Positions 39,889-50,035 of a stretch of DNA of 64,000 nt are shown in pieces. The position numbers were made by a program, and so were the translations under genes. How positions within the stretch are numbered: the stretch's first letter is position 1; every line of letters begins with the position of its first letter. This DNA is from an uncultured delta proteobacterium (GTDB taxonomy: Bacteria; Desulfobacterota; Binatia; UBA9968). The notes under the pieces were generated by a model. The model saw only the letters and a program-made list of their open reading frames with translations, searched no databases and was not told the DNA's origin. The stretch lies in the NCBI GenBank assembly GCA_963804165.1, contig CAWDPO010000045.1:64001-128000 (forward strand), given 5' to 3'.

Positions 39889-40119
39889 CTAACTGCAATG
39901 ATGGATCGTCAACGCGAGCGCTTCTCCGATTGTGTTGCGTCGGGATGGGTCGTCGAGCCACTCATCGGGGATTGAAACCTCCCCCATTTTTTTCTCCTTA
40001 GGATTGAATACGAGGCAGCTTTCAGGATTTAACTTATTCGGCTCGATCACATACCAGCCGGAATACCCGTACTCGGTTAGAACGCTCTGGAGGATGTCCC
40101 GCTTCTTCAATGTTTCCAT
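39889..40119 (-). CDS. Small hypothetical protein
   Basis: AAGGAG RBS; downstream of box 9. Confidence 0.6.
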   Translation of the reverse strand: METLKKRDILQSVLTEYGYSGWYVIEPNKLNPESCLVFNPKEKKMGEVSIPDEWLDDPSRRNTIGEALALTIHHCS

Positions 40120-40317
40120 AAACTCTCCTTGCTTTAGCCGCGAGTTACCGTGACGGCCTATGATGGCGATTCTCTATGGGCATCGTGGAGCTTTTCTCGG
40201 CGCCGTGGTTGCCATACCGATCATTGCTCCCAGTAAAATCCAAACTGTGGCGGCACAGGTACTATTCCCTTCTATTGGGTGAATTGCTCTAACGATAGGC
40301 CGGCTAGGAAAGATTGC

Positions 40318-40333
40318 TGTCCAATATTGGACA
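40318..40333 (-). promoter_or_regulatory. Crp-type box 9 (perfect TGTCCAATATTGGACA)
   Basis: 18-bp perfect palindrome including flanks; TATCGT 20 nt downstream. Confidence 0.8.
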
Positions 40334-40387
40334 GTCTCGCAAAGACTTATCACAAGGCCAGGGAAGGGAGAGCCGCCCGAGACGATT

Positions 40388-42808
40388 CTACGGCCGTTCT
40401 TGAATCGCCTCACCATGATGCGTGTAGCGCACTGAAAGCGGCGCGTGCGGATTTGAAGGGTTAAGTGCAGTTAAGGATTCGCCCTTCGCGATCGAGCCGC
40501 CTGCGAGATAAGCATTGATGTTTCTTTCCATTTGCGCCGGAAACTCCGGCGCGGGGCCTACCAGCTTTTCGCGGTACACTCGGAGCATGAGTTCTTTGAA
40601 CACCGGCAGCGCTAGCCTGCCGCCGGTTTCTCGGGGTCCGAGGGAACGGTTGTCGTCGAAGCCTACACGGACGGCGACGGTGATTCCTTCGGGACCGTAA
40701 GTCGAGCCGACAAAGAGCGCGTCTCTGAACTCGTTTGTCGTCCCTGTCTTGCCCATAACCGCGATCGGGAAAAAGCCAGAGTCAAGTGTATGAGCCGAGC
40801 CGGTGGGAATACGCACGACACCACGCAGGCCTTCCTGAATGAGCGCGAGTGCGGAGTCGTTGACATCGATCGTATGCCGCTCTCTCTCGTTATCAGCCGC
40901 AACCTCACCCGTACCGCGGACGATTTTGCGGATCAGATACGGCTCTGCGAGGATACCCGACGCCATGGTGCGGTAGGCATTGGCCAGCTCAAGCAAATTC
41001 ACTTCGGACGCGCCCAACGCCGTCGTGGCATAGGGCTGCAATCGCGTCTTAACCCCTAGACTCCGCGACGTTCCCAGGACGCTGTCAATCCCAATCTGCC
41101 CTGTAAGCCAAATCGCTACGGTGTTTCTGGATTCCGCGAGCGCCTCACGGACCGGGATCATGCCTCGGAATTGTTCATCATAGTTTGAGATCCACTTCGT
41201 ACTTAGTTTCTCTGCATCCGGAACACCGATGGGTTCGTCGGGAACCACGGTCTCAAGATTAAAAGTTCCCTGCCGAAAAGCAGCGAGGTAGGCAAACGGT
41301 TTCATTGTCGACCCGGGTTGCCGCAGGGACTTGGTGACGCGGTTAAAGTCGCTGTATACGGCGGAGCGGTCCTGGTAAAATTGACGACCGCCCGTCTCGG
41401 CGAGGATGCTCGCGTCGCGGTTTCTCAACACGACGACAGAACCTTGGATTATCCCTTTGGCACTCGGGTGTCGTTTCTCGTAAAACTCGAGGCCGCGCTC
41501 CAGCGCCTCGTTGGCAATTTGCTGCACCCGGAGATCCACCGTCGAGTAAACCTGGATGCGTCCCTGCAAAAGATCGTTAACGCTGAAGTCGCCACGGCCT
41601 TTGAGCGCCTGCAGGATAGCTCCGAAGACCGCGGGCGCTTGAAGCATCTTGTCTTTGCGTCGCGCGATCGCTTGAAGCGGCCGCTGCTCGGCTGAATTCA
41701 CAATGTCCCGGGAAATGAAACCGTTTGCCGCCATCAGCGCCAGAGTTTGGTTTCTGCGGCGCAACACCCTTGAGGTGTCCTTCGCATTGGGGGCGTAGTC
41801 GCGCGGCGACTTCGCGATGCCTGCGAGCAGCGCTGCCTTGTCGGCGTCATCGGCGTTGAACGTGGCGAGAGACCGGCCAAAATAGTATTCCGCCGCCGTG
41901 GCAAACCCGTACCGGCTGTTTCCCATGTAAATGAAGCTGGCGTAGCGGGCCAGAATTTCTTGCTTAGCGCTGCGTTTCGAACCGAAACGCTTCTGCATCT
42001 CTCTTTCGATCCACAACGACAGGCGAATCTCCTCCACCTTGCGACCTAACATGTTGACGGTCCGCGCGCCGATCAGGGTAGACAGCGTGCGAGGGAAGAT
42101 TCCGGCAGACAGGAGCTGGTTGCTGTTTTCTTTCGCCGTTAAGTTTTTGAGAAAATGACCCCGAACGAGCTGTTGAGTGATCGTCGATCCGCCTTGCGGG
42201 AGAAACGCCGGACTCTCAACTTCGTCTTGCGCTCCGAGTCCTATGAGGCGTGCCCCCAGAGCCCGAATCCTGACTTTGCTCAGCACGCGAGGAATTACCG
42301 AATAGTCAACGCCGCTATGAGAGAAGAAGCGTTTGTCTTCGGTCGCGATGATGGCATCACGAACAATCGGCGGGATGTCCGTATACTTGGTGATCTTCCG
42401 ATACTCTTTTGCCGTTTCAATGAGCGGCTGGCCGCCGGCATCATAGACGGTGCCGATGGTAGGAAACTCAAAGCGGGCGAAGGCTTCTATGTCAGGCAAG
42501 TCACGTCGGTCAAAATAGACGTGATAAAATCCAATTGATACGACAGCGGCTAAAATCGGCGTCGTGCAAACTACAAGGTTAAAAACGCTTTTCTGCCAAT
42601 GTCGTTTGGCGAAGCGGCTACTGAAGATTCTCCGAGCCTCCCCCGGAGCACTCACGCGCATACGTCTGAGCCAGTCCCAGCGAGTCTGTGGATCGGGCGC
42701 CGGCAAAATCTTTCGCGCGCCGCCGGCCGCGGTGGAAGCTATGACCCCTAAGCCCACCAGTCCGGCGGTTAGAGCAATGAGAAGAAACATCAGCGACCAA
42801 TACAACAT
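40388..42808 (-). CDS. Class A penicillin-binding protein (GT51 plus transpeptidase) with DUF1328-like N-terminus
   Basis: EDKRFFSH.GVD, GGSTITQQL, RKVEE; STMK, SRN, KTGT. Confidence 0.88.
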   Translation of the reverse strand: MLYWSLMFLLIALTAGLVGLGVIASTAAGGARKILPAPDPQTRWDWLRRMRVSAPGEARRIFSSRFAKRHWQKSVFNLVVCTTPILAAVVSIGFYHVYFDRRDLPDIEAFARFEFPTIGTVYDAGGQPLIETAKEYRKITKYTDIPPIVRDAIIATEDKRFFSHSGVDYSVIPRVLSKVRIRALGARLIGLGAQDEVESPAFLPQGGSTITQQLVRGHFLKNLTAKENSNQLLSAGIFPRTLSTLIGARTVNMLGRKVEEIRLSLWIEREMQKRFGSKRSAKQEILARYASFIYMGNSRYGFATAAEYYFGRSLATFNADDADKAALLAGIAKSPRDYAPNAKDTSRVLRRRNQTLALMAANGFISRDIVNSAEQRPLQAIARRKDKMLQAPAVFGAILQALKGRGDFSVNDLLQGRIQVYSTVDLRVQQIANEALERGLEFYEKRHPSAKGIIQGSVVVLRNRDASILAETGGRQFYQDRSAVYSDFNRVTKSLRQPGSTMKPFAYLAAFRQGTFNLETVVPDEPIGVPDAEKLSTKWISNYDEQFRGMIPVREALAESRNTVAIWLTGQIGIDSVLGTSRSLGVKTRLQPYATTALGASEVNLLELANAYRTMASGILAEPYLIRKIVRGTGEVAADNERERHTIDVNDSALALIQEGLRGVVRIPTGSAHTLDSGFFPIAVMGKTGTTNEFRDALFVGSTYGPEGITVAVRVGFDDNRSLGPRETGGRLALPVFKELMLRVYREKLVGPAPEFPAQMERNINAYLAGGSIAKGESLTALNPSNPHAPLSVRYTHHGEAIQERP

Positions 42809-42908
42809 AGCCTGTACTCTATGATCTCTGATTATCTGTCGCAGTTCAGTTAGCCTGGAAACCCATCGGGACTCGTCTTCGCCGCGACTACACCCCGTTC
42901 GGGCCGAG

Positions 42909-43106
42909 TTAAGACAACTTCCCCACATGGATCGCGGAGAGCGAGCTGATAAGTCCAAAAACATTCAGCAGCCACAGAACTACGCCGATGACCACGACCC
43001 CATTCAGGATCGACTTGATAGATCCTGCCATCGGTATGTAGCGATTAACGAGCCCGAGCAGAACACCGATTACGATCAAGATCACTACGAGTTGAACTAA
43101 AGGCAT
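42909..43106 (-). CDS. Thivi_2564-family small membrane protein
   Basis: LIVIGVLL.LVN.YIPM..SIK.ILN.VVVI.VVLWLL. Confidence 0.8.
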   Translation of the reverse strand: MPLVQLVVILIVIGVLLGLVNRYIPMAGSIKSILNGVVVIGVVLWLLNVFGLISSLSAIHVGKLS

Positions 43107-43162
43107 AAACCACCCCCTATGTCCGGACCAGCGGCTTTAGGGCTGTTCCCGGTTATGTATTG

Positions 43163-43288
43163 TTAGTGAGCCGATTTGCGGTTCAACCTCATCGCCGCGG
43201 TAATCAACCGACGATCGGCCATGAGGCCGAGTGATAATGCGCCCGTCTGCAGCAAAATCATGATGACGACTAAAATGGTTGCGAGCAT
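43163..43288 (-). pseudogene. Frameshifted DUF3309-like gene
   Basis: MLATILVVIMILLQTGAL, then TRPHGRS in another frame; first ORF after promoter H. Confidence 0.45.
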
Positions 43289-43325
43289 ACCGCTTCCCCG
43301 TAAAGACTTTAGAAGCTAAGTGTGC

Positions 43326-43450
43326 GCAAGCCTCGTGCCGCAACTCTTTTTGAGGGAAAGGCTAAATGTTCCGATAGATTTCCTAAGCAGTCAGGATAAG
43401 CAACTCGAGAAAGCTCGTCGGTAGCGTCGAGACTTTCGACCAAACGGTCG
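43326..43450 (-). promoter_or_regulatory. Sigma54 promoter H plus enhancer
   Basis: CGGCACGAGGCTTGC (43340-43326); enhancer 43426-43450. Confidence 0.8.
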
Positions 43451-43710
43451 TGTTAGACTAGGCCGAGGGCGCGGTGAGGCAATGTTGGTACGGCGTCAAT
43501 AACAACCATGGTGTATTCTTGAATCCATTCCTATCCTATAGCGTTGCCGCAAAAATGAGACATTCACGAAGCGAAAAAGGAGAGGGGATGGATGTTTCTC
43601 CCGCTCTGTGTGTGAACTCGATTCGCAGATTTTCAAAAAAGGAACTGGCATATCTTCAAGGCCGAAGGGAGGTTTTAATTTACCAGCATCTCCTTACCAC
43701 TGTTTGATCG

Positions 43711-44706
43711 CTAGCTCTTCTTCGCTATTAAAATCGAATCAGGATCAAAAGGAAGCGGGCTGCTACGGAAGGGGCCTCTTATACGTGAGAACCCGGCTTG
43801 GCGCAGCCATCCGAGAATCTCGTCCGAAGCGTAACAACGTCCTTGGGGCGTGTGCAAAAAAAGCGAAACGGAAAAGAGCGTCCCCCACTCGGGCGCGGTC
43901 CTATCCCGACTCATGAAAACATCGCGCAGGATCAAATGCCCCCGAGGGTTCAGACAGCGATGGAGTTGAGCAAGTAGGGAGCGATTTTCAGCGACCCCAT
44001 GGGCGTGTAAGACATTGGAGACAAATACCGTATCGAATCCTCGTGGCAGAGCATCCCGTGAAAAATCCCGTCCGATGAGCCGCACTCTTTTCGCCATGCC
44101 CGAGTCCCCGACAGCCCGACGCGCCAGAGGAAGAATATTAGGATGCTCAACAAGAGTTGCGCGAATGCGCGGATAACGACGACAAAAAGCTGCGGCAAAG
44201 CTTCCAAGCCCGCCGCCGACATCCAGCAGAGTCCGGCAGCTGATCAGGGGTAATTTCTCGATCAGATAGGGCGCGATCTGCTGCGCATGGAGATCCAGAG
44301 CGCAAAGTAAGCGCTTAGCCTGGGCGCGATCCGAGATGAAAGGTTTCTGGGTCCTTGGTCTATTTCCGGTTATGAGGTTGGAAGCGAGCCCACTCCAACT
44401 GTTCCAAGCGTCATAATTGGGCAGCAGCAAAGTTGCTCCGGCCCCACTAAGATGACGCGAAGAAAAAGGGGAGTTGCTAAATTTTGCTCCGCGTTTCCGC
44501 ATCAAGCCCATACCGCAGAGCGCATTGAGAAACATCTCCCACCCCACCGCATGGCCACCAAAATGAGCCGCCAGCGCTCGTGGACTTTTTTCCAGCTTGC
44601 CCATCCAACCGAACAAATCCAGATGGGCCGCGGTGATAAGAATGCACGAACGCCAATAGCTGCTTTCGCCTCGAAGTCTTTCAAGATTCCATTTTTTACT
44701 CGCCAT
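43711..44706 (-). CDS. SAM-dependent O-methyltransferase (dimerisation domain plus Methyltransf_2)
   Basis: LLDVGGGLG, DTVFVSNVLH. Confidence 0.85.
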   Translation of the reverse strand: MASKKWNLERLRGESSYWRSCILITAAHLDLFGWMGKLEKSPRALAAHFGGHAVGWEMFLNALCGMGLMRKRGAKFSNSPFSSRHLSGAGATLLLPNYDAWNSWSGLASNLITGNRPRTQKPFISDRAQAKRLLCALDLHAQQIAPYLIEKLPLISCRTLLDVGGGLGSFAAAFCRRYPRIRATLVEHPNILPLARRAVGDSGMAKRVRLIGRDFSRDALPRGFDTVFVSNVLHAHGVAENRSLLAQLHRCLNPRGHLILRDVFMSRDRTAPEWGTLFSVSLFLHTPQGRCYASDEILGWLRQAGFSRIRGPFRSSPLPFDPDSILIAKKS

Positions 44707-44721
44707 TGCTTGCCGTTGACC

Positions 44722-45771
44722 TCACGTTCCGGTCCAACGCCCGCTCGCGGCCATTTGATAGAGCCCCTCATACCCATCGACCATCTGCTCCACAGAGAAA
44801 TGTTCCTCGACCCACTCCCTGCAGCGCGCGCGATCCAGGGTCGCGATCCGATCCATCATCTCAACCATCTCATCCTCAATGTCGAGCAGATAGCCGGTCT
44901 CGCCGTGCTTGATCAACTCAGGCATGGAGCCACGCCGGTAGGCCACCACCGGAGTTCCCGCAGCCATGGCTTCGATTACGACCATGCCGAACGGCTCATC
45001 CCACTGCAGTGGGAAAAGGAACCCTTTGGCCTTGCCCATCAGTTGAACGATCTCGTGATAAGGTAGCTTTTCGATGTAGCGGATCTTATCGCCGTCAATA
45101 TGCGGCTTCACCTCCTTGAGAAAGTACTCCTCGCTCCACGGCAGGTGAGTGGTGACATGGCCGACGATGAGTAGCCTCGCGCCAGCCTTCTTAGCGATGC
45201 GGATCGCCTCGGCTATCCCCTTTCCCGGCGTCATGCGGCCGACGATGATGAAGAAATTTTCCGGTTTATCGTTAAAAAGTATCTCGTTCATATCGATACC
45301 GTTATAAACAACCGGGATCGAATCGTCTCCTAACATTTTCCTTTGAGCCTGGCTTACACATATCGGAAGGCACTGCGGGAAGTGTGTTCGATAGTATTCG
45401 TGGAGTTCTTTTTCTATATAACCGTAAGTGACCAACGTCGGCGTTGTAGTGAATGCAGAAAAATAAGGAACCAGCGTAGGCCAGTGAGCATGAATGAGGT
45501 CGAAACGTTCGGCCTGGCGATAGAGGTGGTAGGTGTGTCGCGTCTCAAACTCCTTTTCCAGATAAAAGGTCGAAAGGGGATCATCCTGGCAGGCGATGGG
45601 CAAGACCGACTGGAGGGTGCAGTCAACCTTCGAATCCCCCGAAGCAAAAAGTTCAACCTCATGTCCGCGCCGGCTGAGCTGCTGGCAAAGATGATAGACG
45701 ATACGCTCCGTTCCTCCATGCGTCTTCGGCGGAACGGAGATGTAAACACTTGTAATTTGAGCGATCTTCAT
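44722..45771 (-). CDS. GT4 glycosyltransferase
   Basis: VPP..GGTE, YNGID, KG, EPFGMVVIEAMA.GTPV. Confidence 0.9.
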   Translation of the reverse strand: MKIAQITSVYISVPPKTHGGTERIVYHLCQQLSRRGHEVELFASGDSKVDCTLQSVLPIACQDDPLSTFYLEKEFETRHTYHLYRQAERFDLIHAHWPTLVPYFSAFTTTPTLVTYGYIEKELHEYYRTHFPQCLPICVSQAQRKMLGDDSIPVVYNGIDMNEILFNDKPENFFIIVGRMTPGKGIAEAIRIAKKAGARLLIVGHVTTHLPWSEEYFLKEVKPHIDGDKIRYIEKLPYHEIVQLMGKAKGFLFPLQWDEPFGMVVIEAMAAGTPVVAYRRGSMPELIKHGETGYLLDIEDEMVEMMDRIATLDRARCREWVEEHFSVEQMVDGYEGLYQMAASGRWTGT

Positions 45772-46079
45772 GCCGAAACCTTGGTATATATGACAAAACG
45801 CAGCGCGAGAAGACCTTTAGAAATGCCTGGCCGAAAATGCGTGCCTCGAATCGATGTTGGCAATTCAAGCAGCGAGAACGTTGTTGCGCAAGCCGAACTG
45901 CGTCGGAGTGAAAGCGGAAGTTGAAACGAGGTTCAAGCGAAACGGTAAAGCTGGGGAAAAAACTAAGTCCGGCAAAAAAGAGTGCGACCAGGTTCCAGAT
46001 CAGGTTAACGACGAGGACCAGAAGGGACGACCGAGCTGGCGCGCCCCCCTCAGATTACCGATATTCGTTCGAACCTGAC

Positions 46080-46274
46080 TTAATTCCAGAAATAAGGGCG
46101 GTTAATGATTTTACCGCTAAACGATACGCCTTTTAAAATTTCCATCAAAACCAGACGGGTGAGCTCATAGGCCTCTTTTGGGTCTGCAGAATTTTCCAAG
46201 GCGACGTCACTGATGGCCGCTATGAGATCTCCCAAGGTGGTATCGATTCTGTTTCGGTTATGCCTTAATTTCAT
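46080..46274 (-). CDS. Small hypothetical protein (paralog of 26538-26744)
   Basis: TTLGDLIAAISD.A.E.SAD..EAY.L. Confidence 0.6.
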   Translation of the reverse strand: MKLRHNRNRIDTTLGDLIAAISDVALENSADPKEAYELTRLVLMEILKGVSFSGKIINRPYFWN

Positions 46275-46410
46275 GGCGCTTCCTTTCGCTTCATAGAACA
46301 GAAACGAATTGATGTTGTTTTTGAGACACGAGCGCTAACACGATTAATCAACCCCTTGTTCCGACGGCCGGCATCCCTCGAACGTCGTTCCTACCGATTG
46401 GATGACCGAT

Positions 46411-46812
46411 TCACAGGACCGCTGCCGCTATTGCTTTTGGTCTTTCTCCGGACACGAGATTGGTGAGACTCGTTTGGAGCGCGGCAATCGCGAAAGGCTT
46501 GGAAATGAAATCATCGCAGCCTGCCGCAAGACACCGCTGCCGGGCGATATGGTCGGGAAACGCGGTCGCTGCAAGGATGGGGATGCTCTTGTAGACACGA
46601 TGGTTTTTTAGAATCGTGGCGAGCTCGAAGCCGTTCATCTCCGGCATCCGCATGTCCATGAGAATGATTCCCGGTGTTTCGCGCTCGAGTTTGTCCAGCG
46701 CTTTTCGGCCACTCTCGGCAAGGATTGGGTTCCATCCGGATGCGGCCAGAACCGATCCGAGCATTTCGCGCAGATCACAATTATCTTCGACAATCAAAAT
46801 CTTCCTTGACAT
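46411..46812 (-). CDS. Single-domain response regulator (CheY/DivK-like)
   Basis: IVEDN, ILMDMRMP..NG, ATA, SKPF. Confidence 0.88.
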   Translation of the reverse strand: MSRKILIVEDNCDLREMLGSVLAASGWNPILAESGRKALDKLERETPGIILMDMRMPEMNGFELATILKNHRVYKSIPILAATAFPDHIARQRCLAAGCDDFISKPFAIAALQTSLTNLVSGERPKAIAAAVL

Positions 46813-46909
46813 CAACAGCTCTCCTCTAACAAGGCGTTACCCATCGTGATGATGAGGATGGAGCGGACCTTTTTTATGTGGCAACTTACTCTGACTCTGA
46901 TGTTATTTC

Positions 46910-46925
46910 CGTCTAATATTGAACC
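46910..46925 (-). promoter_or_regulatory. Crp-type box 10 (CGTCTAATATTGAACC)
   Basis: TAAGTT 21 nt downstream. Confidence 0.7.
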
Positions 46926-47100
46926 ATTTTAAAAAAAGATTGTGCGGCTGACGGCGCCGGTCTCGGCGATCGGAGCCACAATCAGTGTGAACATCGACAT
47001 ATCTCGAAACCAACATCTGGTTAATCGATGGCCCACCATCGAGTAAGATTTTGCAGGCCGAGGTCATGCTCCCTGAGTGAAGGATCTCTCGAAGGGGATT

Positions 47101-48594
47101 TTAAGCCAGTGGCTGCAGCTGTTTTCGAATTGTGACGTGCTGCGCCTGATAGGCAATCACGCGGTCACCGCCGGCCTGCTTGGCGGCGTACATGGCATTG
47201 TCAGCCGCTTGGAGCAATTCAGCAGCCGTGGAACCGTGTTCAGGCGCACCTGCAACGCCGGCCGATATGGTGATCGGGCCTAACACTGGGCCACCGTGGC
47301 GAATCGGTGATTCTTTGACCAGAGCGCGGATTTGTTCCACGCGTTGCTGGGTGTCCGCCAGCGATGAATCGGGCAGCACGAGGACAAACTCATCCCCGCC
47401 ATAGCGGCACGAGATATCGCTCTTACGCAGCTTCTCACGCAGCACTTCCGCCAACTCGCGTAATCGATCGTCGCCGGCATCATGGCCGAAAGTGTCGTTG
47501 TACGGCTTTAAGTTATCGAGGTCGAGCATCGCGACACAGAGTGGAGAATTTCGGCGCTTTGCACGATGCAGCTCGCGTGACAGACTCTCGTCCAAATAGC
47601 GTCGGTTGAACAGCCCGGTCAGCGGATCGTGGATGGCCTCCTCCCGCAGTTTCTCTCGCAGTTTCAAATTGGACAAGGACATCTTGATCGTTTCGCCCAC
47701 TTCCACGGCCAGTTGTTGCCTCGTGACTGAACCTCGAGCTTTTTCCGCCGCGCCGGTGAGACACAACAGTCCGGTTGTTCCGCTCTGGACTATCAATGGC
47801 ACACACAAATCGCCGGCCTGGGGTTGATCGACAAAGTGATGACACAGCAAATCCGTCCGGGGATCGCTAACTTCATGCAATTTACCGCGGCGTAACGCCC
47901 AACAGTCCTCCAATGAAAAACTGGACTTTAGTATTGTCTCATCGCCCCATCGCGCGACCGTCTCCAAATGTCGATCCGGGCCAGACAAAATGGCTAAACA
48001 ACCACTCTGCCCCGCGAATAATTCGATGGCCACGTGAGCAACCACCTGGTAGGCCTCGGCCTGGCTTGTGCAGGATTGAAGCAGATCGTTCAGGCGGATG
48101 AGCGACTTCATTTCCTCGTCACGCCTTTGCAGTTCAACCACAGAAGCCACTAACTGACCATTTACCGCCCGCATACCCTCCTCGGCCTGTTTGCGCGCGG
48201 TGATATCGCGGACGTTGCACTGGATCACGCGCCAGCCGTCGACCAGGTAGACATTGCTGACGAACTCCACCTGGATTTGCTTTCCGCTCTTGGTTTCCAA
48301 CGGCAGATTCTCGTAACGGACGTATTCCTTTTTCTGCAAGTGGCGCATGGCGTCCTGGCTCGCGGCAATATCTTTGACCGACCCGATCTCCCAGAGTGCT
48401 TTGCCAATCAACTCGGTGTGAGAATATCCCAGCAGGTCTTGCAGGAACGGGTTGACGTCGGTGATCCGCGCCGTGTCCGCATCCAGGAGAAGTATGCCAT
48501 CCTTAGCCGTCTCGAAGAGGCGCCGATAGCGAACTTCAGAAGTCCGCACTTGCTCCGGCGTAGGCATGGCACCATTGTCGAGCTGATCGTCCAT
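47101..48594 (-). CDS. Diguanylate cyclase PAS-GAF-GGDEF (paralog 2)
   Basis: Close paralog of 5747-7210; RKSD, GGDEF. Confidence 0.92.
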   Translation of the reverse strand: MDDQLDNGAMPTPEQVRTSEVRYRRLFETAKDGILLLDADTARITDVNPFLQDLLGYSHTELIGKALWEIGSVKDIAASQDAMRHLQKKEYVRYENLPLETKSGKQIQVEFVSNVYLVDGWRVIQCNVRDITARKQAEEGMRAVNGQLVASVVELQRRDEEMKSLIRLNDLLQSCTSQAEAYQVVAHVAIELFAGQSGCLAILSGPDRHLETVARWGDETILKSSFSLEDCWALRRGKLHEVSDPRTDLLCHHFVDQPQAGDLCVPLIVQSGTTGLLCLTGAAEKARGSVTRQQLAVEVGETIKMSLSNLKLREKLREEAIHDPLTGLFNRRYLDESLSRELHRAKRRNSPLCVAMLDLDNLKPYNDTFGHDAGDDRLRELAEVLREKLRKSDISCRYGGDEFVLVLPDSSLADTQQRVEQIRALVKESPIRHGGPVLGPITISAGVAGAPEHGSTAAELLQAADNAMYAAKQAGGDRVIAYQAQHVTIRKQLQPLA

Positions 48595-48795
48595 AGCAAA
48601 ACCCCTTTCCCGGCCAGTACGCTGCTCGCCCCGTTGGTTAGTATTTGTGCGGGGCGGTTTGATCATATGTCCACCGATATTAAGAAACTCCGATCGTCAA
48701 CTATTCTCGAACGCAGTTTATTTGATTGAATGGTACGCCCTTTCAGGACAAGTTATGTCTAAGCGTAACCAGGAACAGCCGCTCTTTACCGAATC

Positions 48796-49461
48796 CTACG
48801 GCTGCTTTTCTTTCATCGTACGCACGAGCTCGGCGAAAGAAGATCGCGCGATGACGCGATCGAACTGGGATCGGTAGTTGTTGACTACACTGATGTCTGC
48901 GATCACCAGATCGTAGACTTTCCATTCCTTGTCGACGCGATGGAGTTTGTAGTTGATCGCCAAAGGGGGCTGGTTATCGCCGACGATCTTGGTGTCCACC
49001 TGCGCATAGTTCTGATCCTCGCTCTCGCGCGTGTAGAGGACATCTTGACTGGTATAGGATTCAATGTTTTCGGCGTACGATCTTCCCATCAGCGCGGCGA
49101 AAATTCCTATGAATTCCCGCTGCTCCTCCGGGGTCCGGCGTGTCCAGTTCGGCCCGAGAGAGCGTTTGGCCATCTCCGGGAAATCAAACCTGGGATGAAT
49201 GACCTCAATCAATTTAGCCCGCTGCTCGTCCATTTGTGGCTTCGATTTTGAGTTTGAACTTCTGACGATAGTCAGCACCTTGTCCACGGTGGCGCGCACT
49301 TGTTCCGTCGGACTGCCGGCTCTTGACGCTGCGGGAAGGGCAAGACAGCACAGCAAAAACAAGAGGCTTACAATGATGAATCGAGCCAGTAGAATTGCTT
49401 TCATCGCTGCGTTTATTACAACGTGCTTGATCTTACTCACCCCCCTCGCCACCGTGCTCAT
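48796..49461 (-). CDS. mlaC: MlaC/Ttg2D-family phospholipid-binding protein
   Basis: FDFPEMAKRSLG.W, WKVYDLVI..SVV.NYRSQF; start 49461 or 49404. Confidence 0.82.
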   Translation of the reverse strand: MSTVARGVSKIKHVVINAAMKAILLARFIIVSLLFLLCCLALPAASRAGSPTEQVRATVDKVLTIVRSSNSKSKPQMDEQRAKLIEVIHPRFDFPEMAKRSLGPNWTRRTPEEQREFIGIFAALMGRSYAENIESYTSQDVLYTRESEDQNYAQVDTKIVGDNQPPLAINYKLHRVDKEWKVYDLVIADISVVNNYRSQFDRVIARSSFAELVRTMKEKQP

Positions 49462-49738
49462 GACCTTGCCCTTGATGGGATCGACTTTTCCCTCCCTCTG
49501 GTGCTGGTCATTACAAGTGAGTGTTCCCGCCACTTCTTGAATCCGCCACTTATTCTGTTCGGTTTTGCTAATCATTGCCGTTTTCCTTTCTTTGACGAAG
49601 CACGACGCGCAATCTAGTTGGACGCCGGTTAGAGCCAGCCGGTTAGTAACCGTGAATAAGCACCACTCCGTCGGCGCCAAGGCGCATATTCTGTTGTCTT
49701 CGTTTGCAGTGAGCTTAGGCTGGGTCAGGCGAGATTGC

Positions 49739-49754
49739 GGTCTAATATTGAACC
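49739..49754 (-). promoter_or_regulatory. Crp-type box 11 (GGTCTAATATTGAACC)
   Basis: TAAGCT 21 nt downstream. Confidence 0.7.
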
Positions 49755-49923
49755 CTTTTGAAAAGAATCGACCCGAGCCCAAACGCCGGCACGGCGGCCT
49801 CCAGGAAGGTTGTGAGGCCCCGAATGCTTCACGTTCGAATCTCGACTTTCTGGGCCATGACCCGGATCAGCGCTATTTCCGCGGACGTCTACCTGTGAGC
49901 CTGGCAATAATTCTTTTCGATAC

Positions 49924-49939
49924 TGTCCAATATTGGACA
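49924..49939 (+). promoter_or_regulatory. Crp-type box 12 (perfect palindrome) facing plus-strand genes
   Basis: CTGTCCAATATTGGACAG; A/T flank on the left; CAGCAT 21 nt downstream. Confidence 0.78.
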
Positions 49940-50035
49940 GCAACTGTCGCTGAGTAAGCCCAGCATGAAGATCAAAAGACTCCCATGGCAGGCTCGAGCA
50001 CAATGCTCGGGTGCCAGTGCCAGAAGGAAGGGAAC

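Noticed and set aside
19953-43450. GTCGA...GGTCG repeats as a CRISPR array, REP or MITE
   Set aside because: Copies are single, kilobases apart, lack spacers and target duplications, and sit at a fixed distance from sigma54 motifs.
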